A stretch of 64,000 nt of DNA from positions 1-64,000 of IMG/VR virus record IMGVR_UViG_3300005098_000013. One strand, given 5' to 3'. Below are positions 29,949-40,301 of this stretch, piece after piece. Every line of letters begins with the position of its first letter. Within the stretch, counting starts at the first letter, position 1. This DNA is from a virus. The notes beneath the pieces are model-generated. The model saw nothing but the letters and a program-made list of their open reading frames with translations, had not been told where the DNA came from and did not search any database. A program made the position numbers and the translations under genes.

Positions 29949-30275
29949 ATGGAAAAACTAAAAGACGTAACAGTTGCGTATTTAGGTATAAAGAACAGCA
30001 ATGGTTTTGAACTCCCGGAAGACACTCAAATCCTGAATGCTGGCGAAACAGTTCCGGTTACGATTGGATATACTAAAGATAAGATTGGAGTAGCAAATAA
30101 CTTTAGGAAAACAGGCAATAAGATCATTGCAAATGTTGAAGTTGACCACACTGAAAAGGATTCAGTTTTCAGGCCTTGCTTTGAGTATCATGACGATAAG
30201 CCTGAAGAAATCAGAATTCTTACAGTGGGGATGTTGCCTAAATCAAGAGACTCTTGGAAAGATCTTGCAGAATAG
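29949..30275 (+). CDS. Hypothetical protein
   Basis: Packed ORF. Confidence 0.65.
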   Translation: MEKLKDVTVAYLGIKNSNGFELPEDTQILNAGETVPVTIGYTKDKIGVANNFRKTGNKIIANVEVDHTEKDSVFRPCFEYHDDKPEEIRILTVGMLPKSRDSWKDLAE

Positions 30276-30406
30276 AGTATTAAGAGATGAAAAGCAAAGA
30301 ACTCAAAGATGTGAAAATGGTTGTATTGGCTGTGCAAACGGCTTGACAATGAATTTGGTACTTTCCGTGATTGGGAAGCATATAAGAGGGGAAAAGAGCC
30401 AGAAGA

Positions 30407-30607
30407 ATGATGAATGCAATCTATTACTGCCCGAAATGTGGTTCTGAAGATATAGAAGTAGTTTGTTTGAACCCGCCTAAACCAGATAGAATTTCAATAG
30501 ATGATTTAGCAAATGGTTTAACTACTTCAATACCAGCAGTTGCCAAACGTTATGTATATAGAGCAAGGTGTAAAAAATGCGGATATGAAAGGGAGTTTGT
30601 ACAATGA
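30407..30607 (+). CDS. Zinc-ribbon protein
   Basis: CPKC...CKKC. Confidence 0.7.
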   Translation: MMNAIYYCPKCGSEDIEVVCLNPPKPDRISIDDLANGLTTSIPAVAKRYVYRARCKKCGYEREFVQ

Positions 30608-32997
30608 GTGAAGTATATAATCTTTTTTCGAGTTACTATTATGTGGCTCATGGAAAGCCAGTTATAGTCTTGAAAGCGAGAGATAGGTTTGGTAGAAGGA
30701 AGGTATTCTACGTTCGTAACTTTGTTCCATATTTTTATGGAGTGACAGCTGATGGTAACTTCCGCATGTTCGATGGGGAATCCGCAAAGAAGATCGAGGT
30801 TAATTTACCAGGTGACGTGAAGTGGCAAAGAGGGTTGTTTGCAAAAACTGGCGAAGCAGATGTGCCATTTTCGCAACGTTACCTTATAGATGCTGGGATA
30901 ACGTGTGGCTTTAAGCAGGAAGGCGATAGATTTGTGCCTGCCGAAGAATTAGATGTTAAACCCAGGACTCTGTTTATTGATATAGAAGTGGAAGCGTTCG
31001 AAGGTGTACCGGATTCCAAGATTGCAGCAGAACCTGTGTATACAATAGGCTGCTGGGATTCTTATAAGGAAGATTTTGTCCAGTTTGTGGCAAAAGGTCT
31101 TGACGAAGCATCTCAAAGAGAGTTACTATTAGAATTTTTTGATTATTTTAAAGAAAGAGATTTCGACTTAATAAGTGGTTGGAACGTTTTCTTTGATGTA
31201 GATTATCTCATATCGAAGGCAGAGGCTGTACATGCAAGGTATGATAATAAACTTGGGAGAGTTAATAGAGGCGAAAGGTGGATTGATATAGCAGGTTGTG
31301 AAGTTTTCGACTTGCTACCTGCTTACAAAAAGTTTTTCCAGCAAACAAAATTCGATTCATATGCATTAGATTTCATCTATCATAAGGATTTCGATAAGGA
31401 ACTACTAAAATATGATTACAGCACAACTGGCTTCGATCAAATAGATTGGATCTGTGAATGCAACAAAACTCACGTAATGGCATGTGCAGAATTAGACAAG
31501 CGTTGGAACTTGATAGGTTTGTTCGACCAGATAAGGAGGTTGAATGGCTGCACATATAGGCAATCTCTCACAGCATCTTCTTATGTAGATGTATCGCTGC
31601 TCCGAAGAGCCCATGAAAAGGGTTTTGTGTTGCCAACTAATGTAGGCAGAGACGAAAAGAAACCTGATTTTGGCGGGGGCTTTGTATTAGAACCACCCAA
31701 AGGTGTACACAAGAACGTAGTGGTTTTAGATTTCAAGAAGATGTATCCTTCTATTATAATTGGACATAATATGAGCTGCGAAACTATCAGTAAGGTTCCG
31801 ATAGAGGATGCGTATGAGGTTGACGGCGTCTGGTTTAAGAAAGAACCGGTTGGTATAATGCCTGAGATGATGGTTGAATTCATTGAAAGAAGGAATGCCG
31901 TAAAGAAAGAAATGAAGAAGTATGAACACGGAACGCCGGAATTTGAGAGGCTTCACGCAGTTCAGTACGCTTTGAAGCAAAACGTCGATAGCGTCTTCGG
32001 GATTAATGCTTTGCCTGCTTTTAGAATGTATGAACCTCTTATATCAAAGTCTACAACGTTTGTAGGCAGAAAGTTCATTAAGAAGGCAATAGAAACTGTT
32101 GAAAGGAACGGATACCAAGCCATTTACACAGACACCGACAGTGTAATGTTCTCTGTAGGAAACACAGACAGTGACAAGGAAGCGAGGAAGCTGTTGATGA
32201 AAGTCGGAACGGAGATGGAAGGGGTTGTGAATAAAGGGCTTGAAGAAATGAGAGTAGAGCTCGGACTAGCATATCCGATTGAAGTAGATTTCGAGATGGG
32301 CTATGGTACAATTTTGTTTAAGCAAGCTTCAAGTAGCTTTAAGCAATCAAAAAAGTTTAGAACTGGCAGGAAGAAAAAGGAGAAGGTGGCTAAGAAGCGG
32401 TATGCTGGGAGAGTGTTAATAGAAGATAAAAAAGAGGTTGACTTTATTAAGATCAGAGGCATGGAGACTAGGAGGAGTGATTCGTCAATTGTGACGAGAG
32501 AGATACAGAAGGAGTTGTTCAGGCTTATTTTGTATGGGGCTAGTAGAGGTGAGATAAAGGAGTTTCTGAGGGGCCAGGCTAAGAGGTTCAAGGAGTTGCC
32601 TTTGGAAGAGTTTGGTATACCTAGAAGGCTGGGTATGCCTATTGAAGCGTATAGTAATCCTGCAACTGTAAGAAGCGTTACATATGCTAATAAGTATCTG
32701 GGAGAAGATATAAAAGAAGGCCAACGTTGTTATGATGTACTCGTAAAGCGAATTACTAAACCAGAGTGGCCACAAAAAATAGAGATTAGAACTAAGAGTA
32801 GTAAGATGAAGATGTATCCTGTAGATCGGGTTTCACTAACCAAAGCAGTGCCGGAAGGAATTGTGATAGATTGGGATAAGCAAATTAGGAAAATTTTCAG
32901 AGACAAAATGGAGCCTATACTCGATAGTGCAGGAATTAGTTGGACAGAAGTCTTTGAATATCACAAAGCAACAACATTAAAGGAATGGGGCGCCTAA
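30604..32997 (+). CDS. polB: Family B DNA polymerase
   Basis: DIE exo I, GWN..FD exo II, LDFKKMYPSII, KQNVDSVFG, YTDTDS, KKRYAG, RGMETRRSD. Confidence 0.95.
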   Translation: MSEVYNLFSSYYYVAHGKPVIVLKARDRFGRRKVFYVRNFVPYFYGVTADGNFRMFDGESAKKIEVNLPGDVKWQRGLFAKTGEADVPFSQRYLIDAGITCGFKQEGDRFVPAEELDVKPRTLFIDIEVEAFEGVPDSKIAAEPVYTIGCWDSYKEDFVQFVAKGLDEASQRELLLEFFDYFKERDFDLISGWNVFFDVDYLISKAEAVHARYDNKLGRVNRGERWIDIAGCEVFDLLPAYKKFFQQTKFDSYALDFIYHKDFDKELLKYDYSTTGFDQIDWICECNKTHVMACAELDKRWNLIGLFDQIRRLNGCTYRQSLTASSYVDVSLLRRAHEKGFVLPTNVGRDEKKPDFGGGFVLEPPKGVHKNVVVLDFKKMYPSIIIGHNMSCETISKVPIEDAYEVDGVWFKKEPVGIMPEMMVEFIERRNAVKKEMKKYEHGTPEFERLHAVQYALKQNVDSVFGINALPAFRMYEPLISKSTTFVGRKFIKKAIETVERNGYQAIYTDTDSVMFSVGNTDSDKEARKLLMKVGTEMEGVVNKGLEEMRVELGLAYPIEVDFEMGYGTILFKQASSSFKQSKKFRTGRKKKEKVAKKRYAGRVLIEDKKEVDFIKIRGMETRRSDSSIVTREIQKELFRLILYGASRGEIKEFLRGQAKRFKELPLEEFGIPRRLGMPIEAYSNPATVRSVTYANKYLGEDIKEGQRCYDVLVKRITKPEWPQKIEIRTKSSKMKMYPVDRVSLTKAVPEGIVIDWDKQIRKIFRDKMEPILDSAGISWTEVFEYHKATTLKEWGA

Positions 32998-32999
32998 AG

Positions 33000-33419
33000 A
33001 TGGATGAGAATGAATATCTAGAACAAGGATTGAACTTTCCTTTACACAGAATAGATAAGTATTCTTATGAGGGAAAGTTGGTGAAGGGAACACCAGGAGC
33101 TGCAGGTTACGACATTGTACTGCAAAAGACACAAAAAGTAGGACCGAAGATGTTCAGTAGGATAGATTTGGGTTTGAGGTTTGTAAAAGGCTTGCCAGCG
33201 CCTGCATTCCTAATATTAAGAAGTGCATATCATTATGCTGGGCTAATTCAAACATCACCTGGTCTTATTGACAAAGATTTCACAGGTAAACTTTTCCTAG
33301 TAGTGTATTCGGTAAAGCAAACTGACTTAATACTAGAAGCAGGTAATAGGTTAGCACAGCTGGTATTCTTTGATGAGCTGAAGCCGTACGAGGTTGAGAT
33401 ATTAAGGAGCGAAAGATGA
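33000..33419 (+). CDS. dut: Trimeric dUTPase-family protein (no motif V)
   Basis: AAGYDI, LRS, PGLIDKDFTG, GNRLAQLVF. Confidence 0.85.
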   Translation: MDENEYLEQGLNFPLHRIDKYSYEGKLVKGTPGAAGYDIVLQKTQKVGPKMFSRIDLGLRFVKGLPAPAFLILRSAYHYAGLIQTSPGLIDKDFTGKLFLVVYSVKQTDLILEAGNRLAQLVFFDELKPYEVEILRSER

Positions 33420-33609
33420 CGAAAGACAGATTTTTATTGCTTAATTTTAAACGCCGAACGAGAAGAAGTGTTTGGGAAGTCGATGAATCAGATTTACCAA
33501 TGATGGCTAAGTGGTTGATTGAAATAGAAGAAGAGTTAAAGGAGCTGAAAAGAGATGAGAAATTGTCAAAAAAGCATGATGTTAAGGTATTAAGAGAAGA
33601 GAGGTAAAG

Positions 33610-34323
33610 ATGGCTAAGAAGATAAGCAAGTCGATGCTGATGGCATATGATGAGCAAAGCCGCTTTGGTTGTGGATACAAATATTACCTAACTTATGTAA
33701 AAGGTATCAGGACGAAGCCATCTGGAGTAATGTATGACGGCATAAGGTTTCACAATGCGGCGGCTAAGTTCTATGATAAGCTAGACTTAAGTAAAATAGG
33801 AGAAGCAAGCTTCTGGAACGTTTACGAGTATTTCAGAACTCTTTATCCAAGAGGCAGACAGTATGATTATCTCGCAGAATTTGAAGCAGATAGGTATCTT
33901 ATATCAGCAGAACATTTCATACCAGTGCTGATAGAAGAAACGATCGAGGACGATGAGAGGAAGGGAATTGTAGACAGAGTAGAGGAACTAAGCGAAGGCG
34001 AGTTAATGGTTACGGAGTTGAAGCTTTCGTTTAAGAAAAAAGAAAGTTTAGATGATGTAAGGTTTGAGTTAGTATTCTATGCAGATCTTTTAAGAAAGCA
34101 CGGTTACAACGTAGCCTATACAAGTGTCTTCTTCGGAAGAGATGGGATGTACGAAATGTGGAAACTGAGAGATTATGATTTCGAACTAATGGAGGAAAGG
34201 GTAGAGAGAATTCTGGGGGGTATTGAAAGAGGAGAGTTTGAGAAGGTGCTCGATGAGCGATGCTTGAATTGTCCATTCCAGGCACATTGTCTTGAGGGGA
34301 AAAGGTTAGAGGAGGTTAGGTAG
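33610..34323 (+). CDS. Cas4-like PD-(D/E)XK exonuclease
   Basis: N-terminal Cys, G..FH, GIVDRVE, ELK, C..CPF...C. Confidence 0.85.
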   Translation: MAKKISKSMLMAYDEQSRFGCGYKYYLTYVKGIRTKPSGVMYDGIRFHNAAAKFYDKLDLSKIGEASFWNVYEYFRTLYPRGRQYDYLAEFEADRYLISAEHFIPVLIEETIEDDERKGIVDRVEELSEGELMVTELKLSFKKKESLDDVRFELVFYADLLRKHGYNVAYTSVFFGRDGMYEMWKLRDYDFELMEERVERILGGIERGEFEKVLDERCLNCPFQAHCLEGKRLEEVR

Positions 34324-34324
34324 A

Positions 34325-34705
34325 ATGGGAAAGGATAGGTTTTCTATAAGAAGGGAATTAGGGATTGCAATAGCACACAAATTACCTTGGCACTCAGGTA
34401 GATGTTCGAATATGCACGGTCACGGTCTAAAAATTGCAGTAACACTAAGCAGAAAAGATGGTGGCTTAGATGAGAATGATATTGTATATGATCTAGGCTA
34501 TCTAAAGGAAGCGTTAGATGAAATTGACGAAAGGTTAGATCACACATATCTGAACGATACTTTAGAGAATCCGACATCGGAGAATGTAGCAAAATATGTT
34601 AGAGATAAGGTAATGCAATATCTTGAAAAGAGAAAAGCCGGTGTAAAGGTGACAAAAGTAGAAGTGGAAGAGAGTCCAGGTTCAGGAGTGATACTAGAAT
34701 GCTAA
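34325..34705 (+). CDS. queD: 6-carboxytetrahydropterin synthase
   Basis: AHKL...C.NMHGH, LDHTYLN, NPTSEN, EES. Confidence 0.93.
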   Translation: MGKDRFSIRRELGIAIAHKLPWHSGRCSNMHGHGLKIAVTLSRKDGGLDENDIVYDLGYLKEALDEIDERLDHTYLNDTLENPTSENVAKYVRDKVMQYLEKRKAGVKVTKVEVEESPGSGVILEC

Positions 34706-34886
34706 GCAAAGAAGAATTAGATAAAATACAGAAAGTTATGGAAGAAGTTGAAAGCGATCCAGAAGTGGCAAGAAAAGCAGAAGAAGACCAAAGGAGATAT
34801 GGTACATTATCTGCGGAAGATTTAATGATAGTTTTAGCGTATAGATAAAATTAATGATAAAGCTTTAGTGTGGGTAGGTAAACAAA

Positions 34887-35525
34887 ATGTTGGAAATTAA
34901 TGAAATCTTCGAATCGATACAAGGAGAAGGTCTTTTAACAGGAAAGCCATTTACGTTTATAAGATTGCAAGGTTGCAACCTGAGATGTAGTCACTGTGAT
35001 ACGAAGAAGGCATGGAAGAAAGGAGAAGGTGTAATGATGAGTGAAGAAGAGATAGCGGCAAAAGTAGAGGAGTTTGGACATCAGTGGGTTGAAATTACTG
35101 GAGGCAATCCATTGCTGCAAAACTTACAACCATTACTAGTGAAGCTTCGCTATACTAAAGAAGGCAAATTGAACAACCGAAGAATAGAATTACAAGCAGA
35201 CTGTAGCCTGAATCCTATGCAATACGCCCTAATTTCAAGAGTTTCGCTGAGCCCTAAGTTAAGTTCAAGCGGCATGACTAAATACATGCACTATGAGTAC
35301 ATGTACTGGTTGAATCCTGGTGATGAGGTTAAGTTTGTCGTAAGCAATGCGGATGATTTTAACGAAGCAATTAGGTTGCTTCAGGAATACCCGACCAAGG
35401 CACAAGTGGTGATGCAGCCAGTTCATGGCAAAAACGGCAAGTGGATTGTAGAAAAGGTTTTAGATGAACATATAGAAAACGTTAGAGTATTGCCACAAGT
35501 TCATAAGGTGTTCGGACTAAGATGA
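34887..35525 (+). CDS. queE: 7-carboxy-7-deazaguanine synthase (radical SAM)
   Basis: EIFESIQGEG, FIRLQGCNLRCSHCDT, ITGGNP, SPKL, PQVHK. Confidence 0.93.
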   Translation: MLEINEIFESIQGEGLLTGKPFTFIRLQGCNLRCSHCDTKKAWKKGEGVMMSEEEIAAKVEEFGHQWVEITGGNPLLQNLQPLLVKLRYTKEGKLNNRRIELQADCSLNPMQYALISRVSLSPKLSSSGMTKYMHYEYMYWLNPGDEVKFVVSNADDFNEAIRLLQEYPTKAQVVMQPVHGKNGKWIVEKVLDEHIENVRVLPQVHKVFGLR

Positions 35526-35670
35526 TCAGAGACAAAGTGTTCTATGAGGAGTTGAGCCCAGAAGCTTATCAGAAGCTGATAAGAGTGGAGGGGGAGCTTA
35601 GGGAAGAAGGTGTAGAGACGTTTATTGAACAACTGGTAGCAGTGGCAGTAGATATGGTAGAGGAGGAAGA

Positions 35671-36813
35671 ATGGAAAAGGAAGATAATAGAAGCAGAGAA
35701 AGAATTCTAACTTTTAGTGATAGCGTGATGTCGAATACAGGCTTTGGAACTGTGATGAAAGAGCTATTGACAAGGTTAACAGCAGATTACGAAATCTATA
35801 GTGTTGGTATACAGCACTACACTTCGCCGCTTAAATTTAAAGGTGTTATGTGTTTGCCTACTGGAACTAATCCAAACATCGGCGGTGCAGATATCATACC
35901 GGAATATATGAGTTTGCTTAAGCCAAAGTATTTCATTACATGCACAGATCTGCATCAGTTGGGCTTCTTTAATGTTAAGGAAGGCTGGATTAAGTATATT
36001 ACAATAGATGCCGCGCCGATTCATAGAAGTTTCCATGAAGTCTTAAGAAGAGGTTATCTAAACATAGTGCCGAATAAGTTTGCTTATGATGCGTTGAGAA
36101 AGTTGGATGTAGCAGTAAAGTATATACCGTTTGGCGTAGATACAGGAGTGTATAGGCCAGGAAAAGAAAAGGAATTTGCAGGACTGAGAGGTAAGTTTAT
36201 CTTTGGAGCAGTTGCAAGGAATACGGAACGGAAAAGATGGGATAGGCTACTGAGAGCCTTTTCTTTAATCACAAGGGAATGCAAAGATGCTGTTTTGGTG
36301 TGTATAACTGATCCGAGAGAACAGCTTGACTTTGCATTCGATGCACAAGCATTGGCAAAAGATTTAGGGACCGGTTCGAAGGTGTTCTTCCCAACACATG
36401 CTTCAATGCAAAGAGGTTTGACTAATGAAAACATGGCAGGGATTTATAATGCATTTGATATACATATCAATGTAGCAGACAGAGAAGCGTTCGGCTTACC
36501 AATTTTAGAAAGCATGAGCTGTGGTGTACCAAACATTGTGAATGACTATTCAGCGCCACCAGAAATTGTAAGTGATGCTGGTATTGTAGTAGAACCAAGT
36601 GACTGGACTTATCATAGCCCGTTTAATTACCGCGGTGGCTTAGTTGATATAAAGAAGCTGGCCAAGGCTATGAGGCTGCTTTATGATGACGGAAAAATGA
36701 GGAAAGAGTTAGGGAAAAAGAGCAGAGAAAGGGCTTTGAAGTATGATTGGAACGCAGTAGTGGTGCCACAGTGGCTGAAGTTGTTAGAAGGAGAGTTTTT
36801 GCAAGAATTATGA
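35671..36813 (+). CDS. GT4 (GT-B) glycosyltransferase
   Basis: TGFG, RNTERK, EAFGLPILESMSCG. Confidence 0.9.
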   Translation: MEKEDNRSRERILTFSDSVMSNTGFGTVMKELLTRLTADYEIYSVGIQHYTSPLKFKGVMCLPTGTNPNIGGADIIPEYMSLLKPKYFITCTDLHQLGFFNVKEGWIKYITIDAAPIHRSFHEVLRRGYLNIVPNKFAYDALRKLDVAVKYIPFGVDTGVYRPGKEKEFAGLRGKFIFGAVARNTERKRWDRLLRAFSLITRECKDAVLVCITDPREQLDFAFDAQALAKDLGTGSKVFFPTHASMQRGLTNENMAGIYNAFDIHINVADREAFGLPILESMSCGVPNIVNDYSAPPEIVSDAGIVVEPSDWTYHSPFNYRGGLVDIKKLAKAMRLLYDDGKMRKELGKKSRERALKYDWNAVVVPQWLKLLEGEFLQEL

Positions 36814-36833
36814 CAGTCAGAAGAGTTGGAAAA

Positions 36834-37958
36834 ATGAAGGTGAATTGGTACAGCCCAATTTCGGACCCAAGCGGCTATAGCTACGTGGCTCGTTGGCTGT
36901 TGCGTGAGTTGTTGAAGGCAAATGTAGAAATTGCATTTAAAGAGATGTATCAGTGGAACCCAGGCTTATCGTCTGAAAAGTATGGAACTAATGATATTAT
37001 AAGAAAGCTAAAGAGGAAGGCATTTGAAAGCGCACCTAAGATTAGTTTAGTGTTACCAGACCAGTTTTCAAGAGAAGAAGGCATGTATAATATAGGTTAC
37101 AGCATGTTTGAGACAGACAGAATCTCAGATGTATGGGCTTTTATGTGCAATAGGATGGATGAGTGTTGGGTTCCTACAGTTTTCAACTATAATACATTCA
37201 GAAAGAGCGGAGTAGAGAAGAGTAAGCTGAGGGTAATGCCGTTTGGTGTAGATGTAGACTTGTTTAGTCCAAAAGTAGAGCCATTGAAGTTGTTGGAAAC
37301 GGAAGACAGGTTTGTGTTCTTCTCTGACTTCCAGTGGTCAATAAGGAAAGGTTGGGACGTGTTGCTGAAGGCATATTACGAGGAGTTCAGCAGAGATGAG
37401 GATGTATGTCTAGTGTTGAAAGTGTATGAGGCAATACCTGGAGACCCGAGAAGTGAAGCTGTGATACTTAGGGATGTGAAGAGCATTAAAAGAAGGTTTA
37501 ATAAAGCATTGCCAAAGGTATTGTGGTTTAGGCATATGCTTAGTGATGCTATGATGCCTAGTTTGTATAAGGCAGCAGATTGTTTTGTATCGACTACGCG
37601 TGGTGAAGGTTGGGGCCTTGGATTAATTCAAGCGATGAGTATGGAATTGCCGAGTATAGTGACAGGCTGGAGTGCACATACAGATTATGCAAATGAAAGC
37701 AATGCTTATATGATTGACTATGAGATGATTGAGACTCATGCATCAATGCTTTGGCACCCCAGTTACAAAAATGCTTTTTATGCTGACCCTTCAATCGAAC
37801 ATACAAGAAGTTTAATGAGGCAAGTATACGAGAATTACGAAGAGGCCAAAGCAAAAGGTATTCAAGCAAGGAAAGATATTAAGAAAAACTATACCTGGGA
37901 AATTGCGGCTGGTAGAATTATCAAAAGGTTGCAGGAAATAGAAGGAGAGGCAGAATGA
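36834..37958 (+). CDS. GT4 (GT-B) glycosyltransferase
   Basis: SGYS, FETD, RKGWD, TRGEGWGL. Confidence 0.9.
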   Translation: MKVNWYSPISDPSGYSYVARWLLRELLKANVEIAFKEMYQWNPGLSSEKYGTNDIIRKLKRKAFESAPKISLVLPDQFSREEGMYNIGYSMFETDRISDVWAFMCNRMDECWVPTVFNYNTFRKSGVEKSKLRVMPFGVDVDLFSPKVEPLKLLETEDRFVFFSDFQWSIRKGWDVLLKAYYEEFSRDEDVCLVLKVYEAIPGDPRSEAVILRDVKSIKRRFNKALPKVLWFRHMLSDAMMPSLYKAADCFVSTTRGEGWGLGLIQAMSMELPSIVTGWSAHTDYANESNAYMIDYEMIETHASMLWHPSYKNAFYADPSIEHTRSLMRQVYENYEEAKAKGIQARKDIKKNYTWEIAAGRIIKRLQEIEGEAE

Positions 37959-38974
37959 AAATAGCTCTGAATACGCCAATGTATAATAAAGAGATTGAAG
38001 AAGCTGCATTAGGAGCGTTGCGGAACGAGAGGTATGTGCTAGGCGAAAGCGTCTGGAAGTTTGAAGAGGCTTTTGCTAAGTACATTGGAGTGGACTATGC
38101 AATATCTTGTTCTAGTGGAACAATGGCCTTTTGGCTAATACTTAATAGTCTCAAGGCAAAGAAAGTATTAGTGCCAAGCTTAACGTTTCATACAGTAGCT
38201 TCTGTAGTAAAGCTTTTAAGGAGAGAGCTGGTCTTTGGCGATGTAAATTTAGGAGATGCTTGCTTGTATAAAAGCATTCCTGATGGTTTAAGTGTAGCTA
38301 CACATCTATATGGCAACTTTTGCAATGTTGCACATTTAAAAGAGGGTGTAGTAGAAGACTGTTCTCAAGCAGCAGGCCTAGAGTGGAGAGGTAAGAAAGC
38401 CGGAAGCTTTGGCAATGCTGGATTCTTCTCGTTGTATACTACGAAGAACTTATCATGTCTCGGAGACGGAGGGGTTATCACTACTGATGATGAAAAGCTA
38501 GCTAAAGAAGCGAGGATGATAGGTGATTGCGGAAGGAACAGTGAAGGTGAGCATGTTAGAGTGGGCATTACGTCGCGGCTGAATACGGTAAATGCAGCTA
38601 TTGCCTTGGTACAGTTGAAGCACTTAGATGAGTGGAACCAGAAAAGGATGGCTTTAAGAGACAGATATATGGAGAAGTTGCCTCCGGAAGTGAAAGTGTT
38701 GTCAAACGGAGTAGTGCATCAAATGGTTGCTAGAGTTAAAGGGAGAGATAAGTTGGCGAAGTATTTGAGACAGAATGGCATAGAAACAGGTATACACTAT
38801 AAGGTGCCATTGCATATGCAGAAGCCGCTTTATAGGAAAGGCTTAACGTTGCCTAACGCTGAAGTGCTTTGTGGTGAAGTGCTATCGTTGCCTATATCGC
38901 CAAGTTTGACGTTTAGAGAAGTAGATTATGTGTGTGAAAAGGTAAATGAATGGTATGGAAGTGAGAGGAGATGA
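37955..38974 (+). CDS. DegT/DnrJ/WbpE-type NDP-sugar aminotransferase
   Basis: SSGT, THLYG, EDCSQA, FSLYTTKNL..LGDGG (PLP lysine). Confidence 0.93.
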   Translation: MKIALNTPMYNKEIEEAALGALRNERYVLGESVWKFEEAFAKYIGVDYAISCSSGTMAFWLILNSLKAKKVLVPSLTFHTVASVVKLLRRELVFGDVNLGDACLYKSIPDGLSVATHLYGNFCNVAHLKEGVVEDCSQAAGLEWRGKKAGSFGNAGFFSLYTTKNLSCLGDGGVITTDDEKLAKEARMIGDCGRNSEGEHVRVGITSRLNTVNAAIALVQLKHLDEWNQKRMALRDRYMEKLPPEVKVLSNGVVHQMVARVKGRDKLAKYLRQNGIETGIHYKVPLHMQKPLYRKGLTLPNAEVLCGEVLSLPISPSLTFREVDYVCEKVNEWYGSERR

Positions 38975-39841
38975 ACAAGATAAGCATAGTAATGAGTTGT
39001 AAGGAACATTTGCCGTATACACTACTGGCAGTAAAGAGACTGGTGAAATGCACAGTGAATGAGTTCGAATTGATAATCGCAAATGATTCGAGGGTATCTG
39101 TAGAGGAGACAATCAGAAAAGCCGAGCCAGGTTTAGAATTAAAAGTGTTACATGGAGGTGGCAAGAGGAATGGAGTAGCAAGAGCAAGAAACGATTGCTT
39201 CAAACAAGCGAGTTGCAATGTTTGCATTAATGTAGATAATGATGTGATAGTCACCCCAGGCTGGGATGTGCCTTTGGTAAAAATTATAGAAGAAAATCGA
39301 AAAGTTGGCTTGTTGTTGCCAATGACGAATGATATGTATTTTTTTTGAGCAGCCAGAAGTTGGTTTATTGGAACGTTGCAATAAGTTTAAAAGGTTAAGA
39401 GCCAAGTACAAGGAAGAAGAAGGCCCAGAAAGGCTAATGGAAATAATAAACGAAACATTTGATGGGTCTCTTGATAAGTTTGCAGAAGCATATGTGAATA
39501 AAGTGAAAGGACGAGAGTTGAAGGATTATATGAATACTTGGGTGTCATATGCGGTCAGATTAGATGTGTTCAAGTATGTGGGAGGATATGATGAGAATTA
39601 CAAGAAGGCAGGATATGAAGATTGGGATTTGGCAAGAAGGTTGAATATGCTTGGTTTTAGAACTGCAGTAACGTATAGTTCGTTTGTGTGGCACTGTGTG
39701 GGTACGACACGGCCGCATATAGGAGGTGCAGTAGAAGCAGAAACATCAAATGGAATATACTATAGAAAGAAGTTTAGTAGGCCAAATGTTGAGTTGAGAG
39801 GGAGTTGGGGTGGTGTAAATGAAAGAACCAACTATGTTTAA
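38971..39841 (+). pseudogene. GT2 glycosyltransferase split at a T8 run (ORFs 38971-39348 and 39329-39841)
   Basis: N-half IIAND, ARARN, DNDV; C-half GGYDE, EDWD, VWH; deleting one T fuses them. Confidence 0.75.
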
Positions 39842-40301
39842 CGGAAAAGTAGTTGCGGGCGGAATAGAAGAGCCAAAGAGGAATTTGTTTTATTTATTGA
39901 GTATAGTGACGTATGAAATCAGTGACGTACAGAGAGATATTATTTTGGGAAGCAGTAATTTAAAACTGAGTTTGGCAGATGCTTTTACACAAGTATCGAC
40001 GTTGCACAAAGAATTAAATATCAAAGAAAAACCAGGAAAGAATTCAAAAGCTAAATCGCCTGCAAACTTATTAGTATTGCTCGGTAATCTTCATAGAAGC
40101 ATTGTCTACATGAAGCGCTTTCCGAGCAAAAAGGAATATCGGAAGGGTGTAAAAACACATCTTTCAAATCTTGCTGTAAGATTGAAGGAAATATGTAAAG
40201 AACAAGGTTTCGATGAAGAAGAGGTAAGAGAATTAGGCTGGGAACATTTGAGAGAAAGGTTTAAGGAATTTGAAGAAGACGGGTGGGTAGAAATAAAATG
40301 A
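39819..40301 (+). CDS. Hypothetical, possibly degenerate MazG-like all-alpha NTP pyrophosphohydrolase
   Basis: E..DV...LAD pattern only. Confidence 0.4.
   Translation: MKEPTMFNGKVVAGGIEEPKRNLFYLLSIVTYEISDVQRDIILGSSNLKLSLADAFTQVSTLHKELNIKEKPGKNSKAKSPANLLVLLGNLHRSIVYMKRFPSKKEYRKGVKTHLSNLAVRLKEICKEQGFDEEEVRELGWEHLRERFKEFEEDGWVEIK

Noticed and set aside
33610-34323. Cas4-like gene as evidence of CRISPR-Cas
   Set aside because: Solo Cas4-like nucleases are common in archaeal virus replication modules; no other cas genes or array
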